Below, piece by piece: positions 20,005 to 31,219 of a stretch of DNA of 64,000 nt. Numbering within the stretch: position 1 is the first letter of the stretch; the number at the start of each line of letters is the position of its first letter. The notes below the pieces were generated by a model, which was not told where the DNA came from, did not search any database, and saw only the letters and a list, made by a program, of their open reading frames with translations. The translations under genes were made by a program, and so were the position numbers. The stretch comes from Paraphysomonas bandaiensis (lineage: Eukaryota > Protista > Chrysophyceae). The DNA lies in assembly GCA_965644295.1 (NCBI GenBank), contig CBFFRP010000354.1:62001-126000 (forward strand). The letters run 5' to 3'.

Positions 20005-22342
20005 ATGTTCTCTGGATTAAAAATCTTATTAAGTGGAGGATTTACATCCACTGTAACTAAAACTTATACTAAAAACATAACAGAACATGGTGGAACTGTT
20101 GTGTTAAGGTCCAAACCAGCTCCTATCTTTAAACCCAAATTAACCCCAATTGAGAGTGATATTAATTATATTATTGTCCCTAAATCATCTCAATTAATTA
20201 CATCATTATGTCGACAATTAAACTGTACAGAAATAAAGGATGTAAAAGTACTGACAGATAGATGGTTACAGCAATGTATGAAAGAGAAGAGATTATTAGA
20301 TACATCTCCATATGAAGCTAATTTAATTCATGAAGAAATGAATGTAATTAATGAAAAGGAAATGTTAACACTAGATGAGAAGAAAACAACTGATAGAGAT
20401 GATGTAGAGTGTAAAGAATCACGTCATGCAATCCCTTCCAACCTTGCCAAGAGATCGACAGGTTATTTGGAAGATACTCAAACTGAAAAAAAACAGCGGT
20501 TGGAATGGATGCACTGTTTGGATGCTGCATCTACAGATATTGCAGGGGCAGAAGACAAGGGAGATGGTTGGAGACTTCTCTACACAACAATCGATGGTGC
20601 ACGAAAACCATCACTTCTGTTCAAATTTTCCAATGTAGTTCGTGATTGTAATCGTTTAATTGGTTTTGACATGGATGGAACTATTATCACAACTAAATCG
20701 GGTAGCGTGCCGTAATAGATCAATTGTTTACTTAACTATGAAGGAACAGGGAAGAGTTTCGCACAGAACCCTCAAGACTGGAAGTTCCTTTACGAAGATG
20801 TTCCGGATCAACTGCAGTCGCGATACAACGAGGGTGCATATATAGCTATAATCTCCAACCAACTTGGGTATAATACCGGAAAAGTGTCAATCAATGACCT
20901 GAAGATTAAATTCGATGCTATTGCGGACCAAATAGGTGCTCCAATGCCCATGCTGACGACAAACTAGTTTCATGTCGTTAAATTTTTTGTACAGGCATTC
21001 CACTGGACATCACCTGCGCACTTAGCAAAGATCACCACCGCAAACCATGCCCGGGAGCTTGGGAATTCATTCTAAGGAACCGTGTAAAGGGTGATATTAC
21101 GGGATATGGTCTCTATGTTGGGGACGCAGCCGGAAGACCTAAAGCCCAAGGACGGACAAAGGACTTCTCCGCTTCGGATTATAAAATGGCTCTAAATGCT
21201 GGAATCGAGGTAAACTATATCGGCGAGTGTGTACTGTTAGTGCGACTGATCTGAAATGATACTTTAAACTAATAAATGCAATTTCAGTTTCAAACACCAG
21301 AGCAGTTTTTTCGCAATTCTTCTTTGGCGGTGCATCGGGACAGGAATCTGGCAGATTTAGGCTTCTCCTGGACAGAATTCGTAGCACAGGTAACTTGAAA
21401 TACTGTTACACTTTTACATATATGTTAAAGCTCTTGTGCACATAACCGTGCCTTTGACCCGGCTGATGGCCTAGAGTTATTATTTGAGCTGTATATGTTT
21501 TGTTTCTGTTCATGGCTCGTTGCATTCGTTGTCATACCCGTAACATCTGGGAGCAGCAGAGGGAGGAAGTTGATAGAAGTGTATTCTCTCTTCCAGGCCC
21601 TGAGGAAGCACCTGAGATAGTTCTTCTTATGGGACCTCCAGCTAGCGGGTACGTGTTGAATTACCGATTAACTTATTGCATTCTTATTGTTGACTTCGAT
21701 ATTTTATTATTATCTGTGCGTGCTATATGTTGGGCATGTAATGGTCTCCGCTATTGAGTTACTTTGAATATGTAGCAAATCTACTCTTGCCCGGCGAATG
21801 GTTGCGGATAGGCCGTCAGCGGTACGTGTAAACCAAGACATACTTAAAACACGAGACGCATGCATAAGAGTAGCACGAAAGGCTCTTAATCAGGGAAAGA
21901 GTGTAGTTGTGGACAACACCAACAGTTCGAAGTCTCAAAGACTAGCGTGGATTGACCTCGCTAAGAGCCTTCAGCACAATAGTAGGCCAATTGTCAGTTA
22001 TTTTTGTCAGCCATTATTTCCTTCACTGGTGTTATCACAGAATGTGCGTTGTGTGAGAATTGAGCTGCCCAAGGACGCCTGCTTTCATTTAGCTAGGCAT
22101 CGTCTTGTAAGTCCAGATACGTTAGATGAAGATAGACGGGAAATTCCAACGGTAAGAGTATACATGCCATTTTACATACTGTAATGTTTTGCTATTGCGT
22201 ACAGGTGGTGGTACATACGTTTTTTAAGAGAGTCGAGGAACCATCTCTATCGGAGGGGTTTTGTCGTGTCGACAGAGTTCCTTTTATGCCAGCCATTCCG
22301 GATTCAGAATCGAGTGCCAGATTGCTTGCGTATTATTTATAA
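20005..22342 (+). CDS. PNKP: Bifunctional polynucleotide 3'-phosphatase/5'-kinase with N-terminal BRCT domain (multi-exon)
   Basis: HAD motif FDMDGTIITTKSG, ISNQLG, RKPCPGAW, YVGDAAGR; P-loop MGPPASG(KST), VNQDILKT, VVVDNTN; N-terminal BRCT pattern (EHGG..., VLTDRWLQQCM). Confidence 0.9.
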
Positions 22343-23086
22343 ACGAACGACTATATAATATACTTTTAGTATAATACGTTTGTAGAAACTTCATGGTTGT
22401 CATCTAATAATGTTTTGTGTTACATTTGAGCTACTTCATCCAGGCCTGCGTATAAATTTATCGTCAATTATTGAAATTGTAATGCGAATAATTGGGACAG
22501 CAAGTAATAATTGCTACTATAATGACCACAACCTATGTCAATTGACAATTAATAGTTACGAAGCTCTGACTTCAACCAGCTACAAGGAGTTATTCATGCC
22601 GTACAGGCCACACAACTATATCTACTATCTAGTCTGAAACCTCTGACCCATCATTTCTATTTTTTTTTGTAATACATTGCGTAATCAAGGAACACAATAA
22701 GATATATCAGGCTTCACACCAGATACCAGCACTTCATTCTATGAATTCACTACTTAATTGCATAATATATTCACCATTCACATACGTTTATTACTAATTA
22801 TATGCGTGCTCTAATTACTACACAATGACATCAATGCTGCCTAGATGAGTAGATAGTAGAACATAGGTCCTATGTATTGTTTGAAGTTTACGCATCGATT
22901 TTACCATATGTAGTATACTATCGTTCTACTGGTTATGTGAACTGAATACAATGGGGTATCTGTTGAGAAAGAGAAGTAGCACCAATCTAACATTCTAAAT
23001 CTATTACCCAGAAAAAAATATGAATAGGTTAACACACACACGAGCAGCAGTGACAACCCGACAAAGAAGATGTGAACACATTTATA

Positions 23087-26006
23087 TCAATCGCTTTCAC
23101 ATAAGATACTAGTATCGTATTTCCACAAAAATGGTTCAGACAGAAATTCTGGGAAAAGGTGGTGGCACAAAGTAGATTTCCCGACAGAAACTTGAACAGA
23201 TGCAGAAAGCGTGCCCCTGAAGTGGGTCCAGTAAAAAGAGCAATTGTAGCTTTAATGAGTATCACAGTACCTGTGAGATATCGTGTTAGAGCTCCCGGAG
23301 CAGTCCACTGTGACAGTGATGGGAACGTCTGAACAGTTTTCAACGCAGAGAGACACACCTCCTGGACCATTCTAAAAACGGAGCACAATTAATCAGTGTT
23401 GTGCAACCTACTGAAAACTATACCTTAAATATGAGTAGCCGAGCCTTACCCTCTGCCAATTTATCAATCTGTGCGATCCTGAAGTCGTTCAGAGTCATTC
23501 AGTCCAATTTAATTCAGTTACCTATGATGGACAGAGCTTTCGAGAGCCTCAGTATACGCTGACTCATCAAAGCTTTGTAGACGAACGGCGGCGTCGCACG
23601 AGCTGATAAGGTCACCCCAGTACATAACATGAGTAGAAAGTGGGTAGATACAGAAGACGTATCAATTAAACACACCTGTGTACCACTACAACAGCAGGAG
23701 AAAATCCAATAGGTTCAAGCTGACGGTTGTATCCCTTGGCAAACTATCACTTAACATTCAGAGTAAAAACAAAATCCATACCATGAGTAGGAGGTCATTC
23801 CATACCACCTCGATGTCCTTTCCACTTGTCTGGTACATGTACATTTGTGCCTGCTTGAATCCCCGTCTACTTAGCCCTCCTGCAGTTGAGTCAAAATTGT
23901 TTAGCATCCACTGGTAGACCTGAAAATACTAGTTATACCTACTGCGGTATCAAATTAAAAAGTATATACAGATGTATTTATGCTTCCGCCACCCTCGTTA
24001 ACATGAAGAAAGCTCTCCAGCTCGTCCTTTGCAAGAACCTGTGTGCCTTTCGTCAGAAAAAATAATAATATCATTCTACAATTGTTCGCTCACCCACCCC
24101 GTCCATATCCGCATCGAGACACCTGAAAATATTGTCAAATACCTGCTCTGTCTCCGACGAAAACCCTGTCCCCCCACTATTCAGTAAATGTGCATGTGAG
24201 CTTGAATCATTTCTTTTTAGCATCTTTTGGCGAACCCTGAGGGCTGTCCCTGTGCTTATAGGTACTAACAAGTATACCCCTGCCTCCAGTACAGCAGAAG
24301 TATGCAGTGATTTCTGAATGGCGAGACCCGTGGCACACACTTGTTTAAATGAGAAGTCGTCATTCACACGCAATACTGCCACTCCAATGTCCGAAACTGG
24401 TCCTGTAAGGTCTTGGTGAATAGTGAAATACACATGTGATGGACCACAATCTACTCTCAGTACCATCATACTAGACACTCGCGCATGGACGCATTGCGCA
24501 GATGGAGATTCTGGTACTGACTGGAAGTACACTCGTCGTCGCAAATCCACAAATTTCGTCAAGGCACAAACATCTACGCTGTAGAAGCAGGCACAGAAAT
24601 CTGAGTATGATATCCAGAAGGTCCCGTCATCAATATCGAGATCCACCCCTAGCTCTGTCTGCAACTGTTGCGTCCATTTGTCTGATACATCACTCCAGTC
24701 TCCTGTCCACTCCATGCCACTATGCACTGGCTTCCGTAAGTTGAGCAGACAATCACCCATTGATGTACGGCGAACGGAGAGTACAGTATACGACATATCG
24801 ATGAGTAAGCCCGCTTGAACTGCCTGGGCGGTAGAAATCGTGGAGGAGCCGGTGTGTGCAATACCTATGTTTCCCTCAGTGAAGTAGGAAGTAAGCAGAT
24901 CCCAAAGACCCATGTCCATAGAGTTTACCGCCAGATCAAAGCATGGTGCCCCTGTAATTATTTGCAATATATCCAGTGTCGAGAGAGAGTGAACGGCTCC
25001 ATATGAGCCACAGACTTTTGCAAGTGCCTTCTCCAGCAGTAACGGCCATATCTCATTACCGTGCGTCCGCGTGCAAACCGGACCAGCGGATCCACCTATA
25101 TCCGGAAAGCACGGGAAGAGATCATCCACTGTTACCCATGACAATTCTCCAGAAACAAACAAACGAACTCTGTAAGCCCCGGCAGCCGACACTCCACCCG
25201 ATCTATCTGATGTATCATCAAAAACCTGCTTCAGTACAGCTGGTTGTTCGCATAAGGCAGTGACGGTCGACAGAAATCTATGTGACGACAGAGGTCCAGG
25301 GCGGAGATCTGAGGGCGTGATGCGTTCTTCGTACAAACAGTGCATGCCATTAATGAAATCTCTATACACATGTTAGTCCCATATCTATAAAGAGAATGAT
25401 ATCGTGTACCTTGGTCTCCTCCATGCCACCCCATCAGTAGACATACCAGGTACTTCGTCGACCCCAATAGACTGAGAGGAGGGTGGAAAGGACAGATCAA
25501 TAAAATGAATACCAGATTTATCAAATAAATCTAATATGTCGGCATTTGAAGGCTCATGTACATCCCTCATTTGACTTGAGATGGCATCCATTTGGGTCTA
25601 CATTGTGTGTAGGTAAATCGACAGCAGCCTTGTATATGGCACGAATAGAACTCACCTGTAAATCCGAAGCGTTTTGATCAACACATTTACGGCTTCCATA
25701 TACAGTATTTAAACTCCAAGTATAATTCATTTTCAATACAGCTCGCAATGACGGATCCATTACATGTAATGTAGCAATACGAACCCTTTGAAATGGTGCA
25801 ATTACAGCTTTAAGTACACATTTCTCATCATCATATGAACCATGTATACAATCTACTCTAATATTACATGCTCCCATAAAATTTAATTCAATATTTATCT
25901 GTGAATATCGAGCACATTCAATCTCATAAATTATTCTTAAAGGATTGATATACTTGATAGTATATAGATATATATCTTTGGTTATCACAGATGTCACTCG
26001 GTTCAT
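23087..26006 (-). CDS. Calpain-like (peptidase C2 fold) protein with EF-hand, apparently catalytically inactive
   Basis: FIDLSFPP, WRRP, WVTVDDLFP, IWPLLLEKALAKVCGSY, EWTGDWSD, DDGTFWISYSDF, domain III GVYLLVP, EF-hand-like DADMDG; last exon ends ...ILCESD*. Confidence 0.85.
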
Positions 26007-27069
26007 GGTTTTCTAATGATGTTACTTATAAGATATCATTATAAAGGAGTGTTACTAGTGACTTGGTTCTATTAATAGAGGAGTGTATCCATAATACACA
26101 TCGACATGCATTTAAAATATGAATATATAGCATACTCTTCTGCTTGTATACGTACAGAGTACATATATGTACAGAGGAGTATCTGCATATATCAGTACAC
26201 AGCTGGTTTATTTGTGATCACTAAATACCAAAAATAAGGTTTTTGTATAAAATGGCAGCTTTTATGCAATATACATGTACAATATACTGCTGTACACCAT
26301 CAGTATACCTACCCCAACTGTCCTGACGGACGAAAGGGACAAACACGTTGCATGTCACATCTGGATATCATGATATCATTACTCCAACACAGCAAGCCAA
26401 TAACATAGCACTAATTTGGTGATTGTCTGCATATAGCTTACATTAAGTAGATTCACCCTCTGTTTCTCGCGATTCTATTTGGTACATGCTATAGAGGAAA
26501 TCTCTCCTAAACCATACAAACCTAGGTAAACCTTGTCGATTATCTACTTGAAGTTCTATGGTGCACTTATATCTGACCAATTACCTTCTTTAGCAGCAAA
26601 AGATTGGTTTCTAGCTTTCAGAGATCTCTTGTATCCTCCAATTTCAGTGGTCAAATTTCTTTGGAGCCATGAGTGCTGATGTACAATTGTTTCTCTTATG
26701 AAAAATTTATAATCGACTAATCCTGCAAAAACTAATTTCTTACTTAGTATTCCAATTATTTACGCTTAAAATGTGTGATACTTTCAGTGACACTTACAAG
26801 ACACGCCATTTCACCCCTGATGATGGGCATACCCAAAAATTAGAATTGACAGTGGACTAAAACTCCATATCCGGGGTAAGTAAAGATAGCGAAAAGAACG
26901 ATTCTGGTCACTGTACTCTTTCTTGGCTAAGTTCAGCATATTCTAATAATTTGGGTGATAGTTCTTCTTTGTAGAGGGCTAACCCGACAACAATAGATCA
27001 ATAATTCTTTAATACAAGACATCCAGTTTTGTTTTGTGATGCAATATTGAAAATTGTACATAAAGTATC

Positions 27070-27150
27070 TCGTTTGGAGTAAGCATACTGTATTTGCGGT
27101 TACGAGTATCGTTTGGAGCAAGCATGCTGTACTTGCGGTTACGAGTATCG
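27070..27150. repeat. 39-bp tandem duplication x2
   Basis: cgtttggagtaagcatactgtatttgcggttacgagtat / cgtttggagcaagcatgctgtacttgcggttacgagtat. Confidence 0.9.
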
Positions 27151-27424
27151 AAAAAATATATAGATCTAAAGTTGTAAAGCAACAAATATATATTAGTAGT
27201 GTACGCGTGTGTCGTAACCGTGGTGTTCTAACAGAAGGTATGTTGACGAAGTAAGAATGCTGCAAGGCAAAAGAAGCCACAAGTTGATAGTGCATAGTTC
27301 AATGTACTTGTTACAAATGGTCAAATGAAAATTGTCTTTTCGCTAAGAATACCGATTTCGATGTTCTAGCGTAAGTACACGAACTTCAAAATAGGGTAGA
27401 GATTATATTAATACATCACCAGAG

Positions 27425-28044
27425 CTACCCCCTTTTCAAAATCGAATTTTCATCATTCACTTCATGCAGCGCCTTGATTTCAGCCAATACAAGGTCCCAT
27501 TGATCTTTCGGAACATATTTCTCGTCGTCTGATTTGAATTTCATTAGCAAACAGAGAAGCTGGATGTCATCTATCCAAGAGTTGCATAGATTACACTCAC
27601 TTCTAAAGCAAAGACAGTTACTCGACAGAAGCGATTCTGAGCGCAACGTAGGAATATTTCTTACACCGCAATTACAGCCCAGGCATTTCACTGTGAGTAA
27701 ATTCTGTATATATAAGCAACATCAGAGTACACAGCTTCTACACATACCGGTATACTAAACGATAGTCTGGGCTGACCGAAAATTTTACTTGGCCCAAAGC
27801 AGCAACACTGTAAAAGAAGCATATTGCGGCAACTGCAATCGTTGTAGCAACATATACATTTATTACTGATAGCAACATCTTCATATATATTTGGCAGTTG
27901 CCGAATCCCACATTTGATACACGGGAAATCAATATTTAACAACTGAGGGAAACTTGTAACGAGCATCATAGATGGCAACTGATTCATGTCGACGACCTCC
28001 TCCTCTAGTAGTTCTTGTAATTGTATAATAACTGCCTGATGCAC
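27425..28044 (-). CDS. Possible Cys-rich orphan gene (two related Cys clusters)
   Basis: ORFs 27688..28044 and 27425..27691 can be joined by a GT-AG intron; CIKCGIRQLP...CICCYNDC resembles CNCGVRNIP...CLCFRSEC. Confidence 0.35.
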
Positions 28045-28168
28045 GTAATGAGATTATCATGATATCTATAACTCAATTCACAGTAGAGTATGTATGATCT
28101 GGGTCACACCTCACTTGACCTCTCTTAATTATCATATCAGTGTGGATATTCGAATGTGGACAGCAGCA

Positions 28169-28314
28169 CGTATCGGCATCCTTTGTATATTTTTGTTCAA
28201 AGATGCCTCTAATATTGAGACAACAATTATGTGTATTTCAGCCGTATTTATACTGCAGTTTTATAGACTAATTTTGCTTCAATATATTTCCGAAAAATAA
28301 GATGCTGACCGCCG
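28169..28314 (+). repeat. Interspersed ~140-bp repeat family, copy 2
   Basis: Aligns to 11401, 30814 and 47859 copies; contains stem ggcatcctttg (28175-28185) / caaagatgcc (28198-28207). Confidence 0.9.
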
Positions 28315-28651
28315 ATGCGCAGCCAGAGCAGATATAGCTGTGGGGTACTCCTCTATACACTGGTTCATACAGTATATACATACATACTAGATGCACTGTA
28401 TATATCAAATTCGCATGTACTCCTGAAAATTCCATATTTTTAGATGTTCTGCTGAAATATTTCGCCGATTTTTATGTGCAGAATTCAGTTTGGCTAAAAA
28501 TAAGAATAATAATTAAGCAATTTTTCATATGTCCACGCCCATAATAACTGTCTGCCTCATACACTAGCTGTGTATATCCACACAAGGAACTTGTTGGGAC
28601 TAATTTCATACTTTATCACACAAGGGTTAACTCTCCTAGACAGTAGTGAAT

Positions 28652-29798
28652 ATGCCTGATCTTGTGGGGGCTGCGTTCTCGCCCAGAGTACATCCTCGAC
28701 CTGAATACACTCCATTGACTAAAGCATTGACTCAATTCTCCAAACATGTGTTCTTTCAGTCAGGTGTATGTGGAACTATTGTGGCTGTATTACTTTACCC
28801 ATACTTTCAGGTGATATTTATATTTATCTTGATACCGCAAATTATGTTTGTATCAGATCTTTTGTGAGTTCCTGCGCCACCAACTTGGAGACTATAGTTC
28901 CGATGCTGTAATATTTTCAATTTTCTTATCTCTGGTTCATACTCTCACCTATGTTATTGTTAACGGAACGTTTGGATTGTTCGATGCATATGGATATTTT
29001 CAGGAATACAAGCTGGCTCGAAAGCCTTACATGACTCCTAAAAAGAGCCTGGTTATTAAGACTTTACTTGAGGCAGCCTTCGGGCAGCTTCTTCTCAATC
29101 CAATACTTACGTACTACATGTATTTTGCTGCCAAGAAGTTTGGAATGATGGATATTAATGACCCACTTCCTTCACCATCACGGCTATTCATGACGTTCGT
29201 AATTGCCCATATATTTAACGGCTTCTGGTTTTATTGGGCACATCGTATCTTCCACATGAAGGCACTTTACGCAACCTTTCATAAGCAGGTACTACAACCT
29301 TATAGATTTAGATGTGTCCAATAATAGTGTTATTCAGCACCATGAGTTTACGGGTACGATGGGAATTGCCGCGGAGTACGCTAACCCAGTGGAGCAAATA
29401 TTCGCCAATATGCTACCTTCTCTAGGGGGAGTTATTTTCTTCAGCACGCACCCTCTGGTAGTGGGAATATGGCTGGTATATACATATTTAGAGTAAATAA
29501 TTGTTTTTAATTTGTGGATGTGCTGTATGTTGCTATATAGTTCTTTCGACTTCAGCAAACCTTCGAGGCACATTCCGGATATTGCTTTGCGAACACGTTA
29601 TTGGACCGCCTCTGGCTTACCCACGCAGACGAAGCTATTCACCATGACTACCATCACACCGTCAACTCAGGAAACTTCGGCACCGAGTGGATGGACTGGC
29701 TATGTGGCACACAGGACGGGTATATGGCTCTGGGTGGACAGGAGGGTTACCTCGCGAAGAAGTCCAACCCTAATAAGAGGGAGGTCAAAAAGGATTGA
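28652..29798 (+). CDS. Fatty-acid hydroxylase/sterol desaturase superfamily protein (C4-methylsterol oxidase-like), multi-exon
   Basis: His boxes YWAHRIFH, FHKQ/HHEF, EAHSGY and HHDYHH, plus GNFG..WMDWLCGT; transmembrane segments. Confidence 0.88.
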
Positions 29799-30813
29799 AC
29801 TGCTTCTTTTATATATGTTCAATGTACTTCGCACTCAATAATTGCGTACCGTTATTAAGTAAGTTTACCACCTACCTTTACTGTTGCAATATCTAAGTAT
29901 GAGTAATAAGAGTGTGCATTGAGAGACTATACGATGTATTGTGTGGGTATGAAGGAGATACTTTTGGAGTTGTTCGCATTGCATATACACCACAATAACG
30001 CTCCTGAAAGAAACTAAGAATAAAGAAAGCAAAAACAAATTGGATTTATAAGTTCATAGAGTGTTTACTCGCTAACTCCAGACATAGTGGCAGTAATCAC
30101 TGACTGGCAGTCATCATTGACAAAGGCTCACATCATATATTCTATATCTATAGACTGTTTGTGCTTGTGCTTTCATTCTCTCTGCGTGACATTGGTACCC
30201 AGTCCTTAACAATCAAGCCCCCCTCCAGTAGTCTGTGTGGGACTGCATCGGTACACACATATTGGTAGCATGAGCAGCCTCTTATAGTGTCCAATAAAAG
30301 TGTTTAGTATAAACTTCCAACCGTATACATAACTGTTGTTTGATAGTAGTGAATGTCTGATTATTTAGCAATAGGCGTTGAGACCTTGCATCAATTAGTG
30401 GCTAGAAGAAGTTGTTTGATATTTGCACCTTATTGTGTTTGCTTGTTTCTGGCTGATTGGTTTTTACATGTCAGCTTGATCAGCTACCATTCAAAGAACA
30501 TCAATCGCATCACAAATGGATATACAGGTGACCAAGATCAGAATGCCTACTGGGCAGTGTCAGGCATCCACCCATACTACAATTGTTCTTCCTCTAGTCA
30601 AAGATTTAAGTGCCAGGTGCTGTGCATGTCTTGGTGCAAACTGAGGTACAGTTGAAGTTTACAAGAGCGAATGTATAAAATCTAGAAACTAGATATTTTC
30701 AGCAAATATTTTATAAAATTAGTATTTTTTGTCATAAAAATTCTGTTTTCGGATTTTAGTTATACAAAAACAATGTCCCAAAACAAAGGCATAAAAATTG
30801 CAGACAAACGTAT

Positions 30814-30949
30814 GCATCTTATTTTTCGGAAATATATTGAAGCAAAACTCCAACTATACTCTCTATACAAGTACGGCTAGAATACAGATAATTGTTGTCT
30901 CAATATTAGAGGCATCTTGGAACAAAAATATACGAAGGATACTGATACG
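30814..30949 (-). repeat. Interspersed ~140-bp repeat family, copy 3 (inverted)
   Basis: gcatcttatttttcggaaatatattgaagcaaaa...ataattgttgtctcaatattagaggcatcttggaacaaaaatatacgaaggatactgatacg is the reverse complement of the family consensus. Confidence 0.9.
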
Positions 30950-31219
30950 AAATAATTGCTAAATTCTGAATTGAAGACCGTGAAGAAGTGACGAAAATTT
31001 TAAGATTCGTGGAAGTGAATATCCATATATGTGTAGCATGTATCATACATAGAGATACATACATAGGAAGCTTTGATATGTTGCTATGATCAGTGTAAGT
31101 ATCCTCTATATATATGCAAGTACAGGTACATGTATATGACTATATATATGATTATCATATACACATAGATGTAAACTAACTCTATATCATTTTATTGTTA
31201 TTGAATTGATAATAACATC

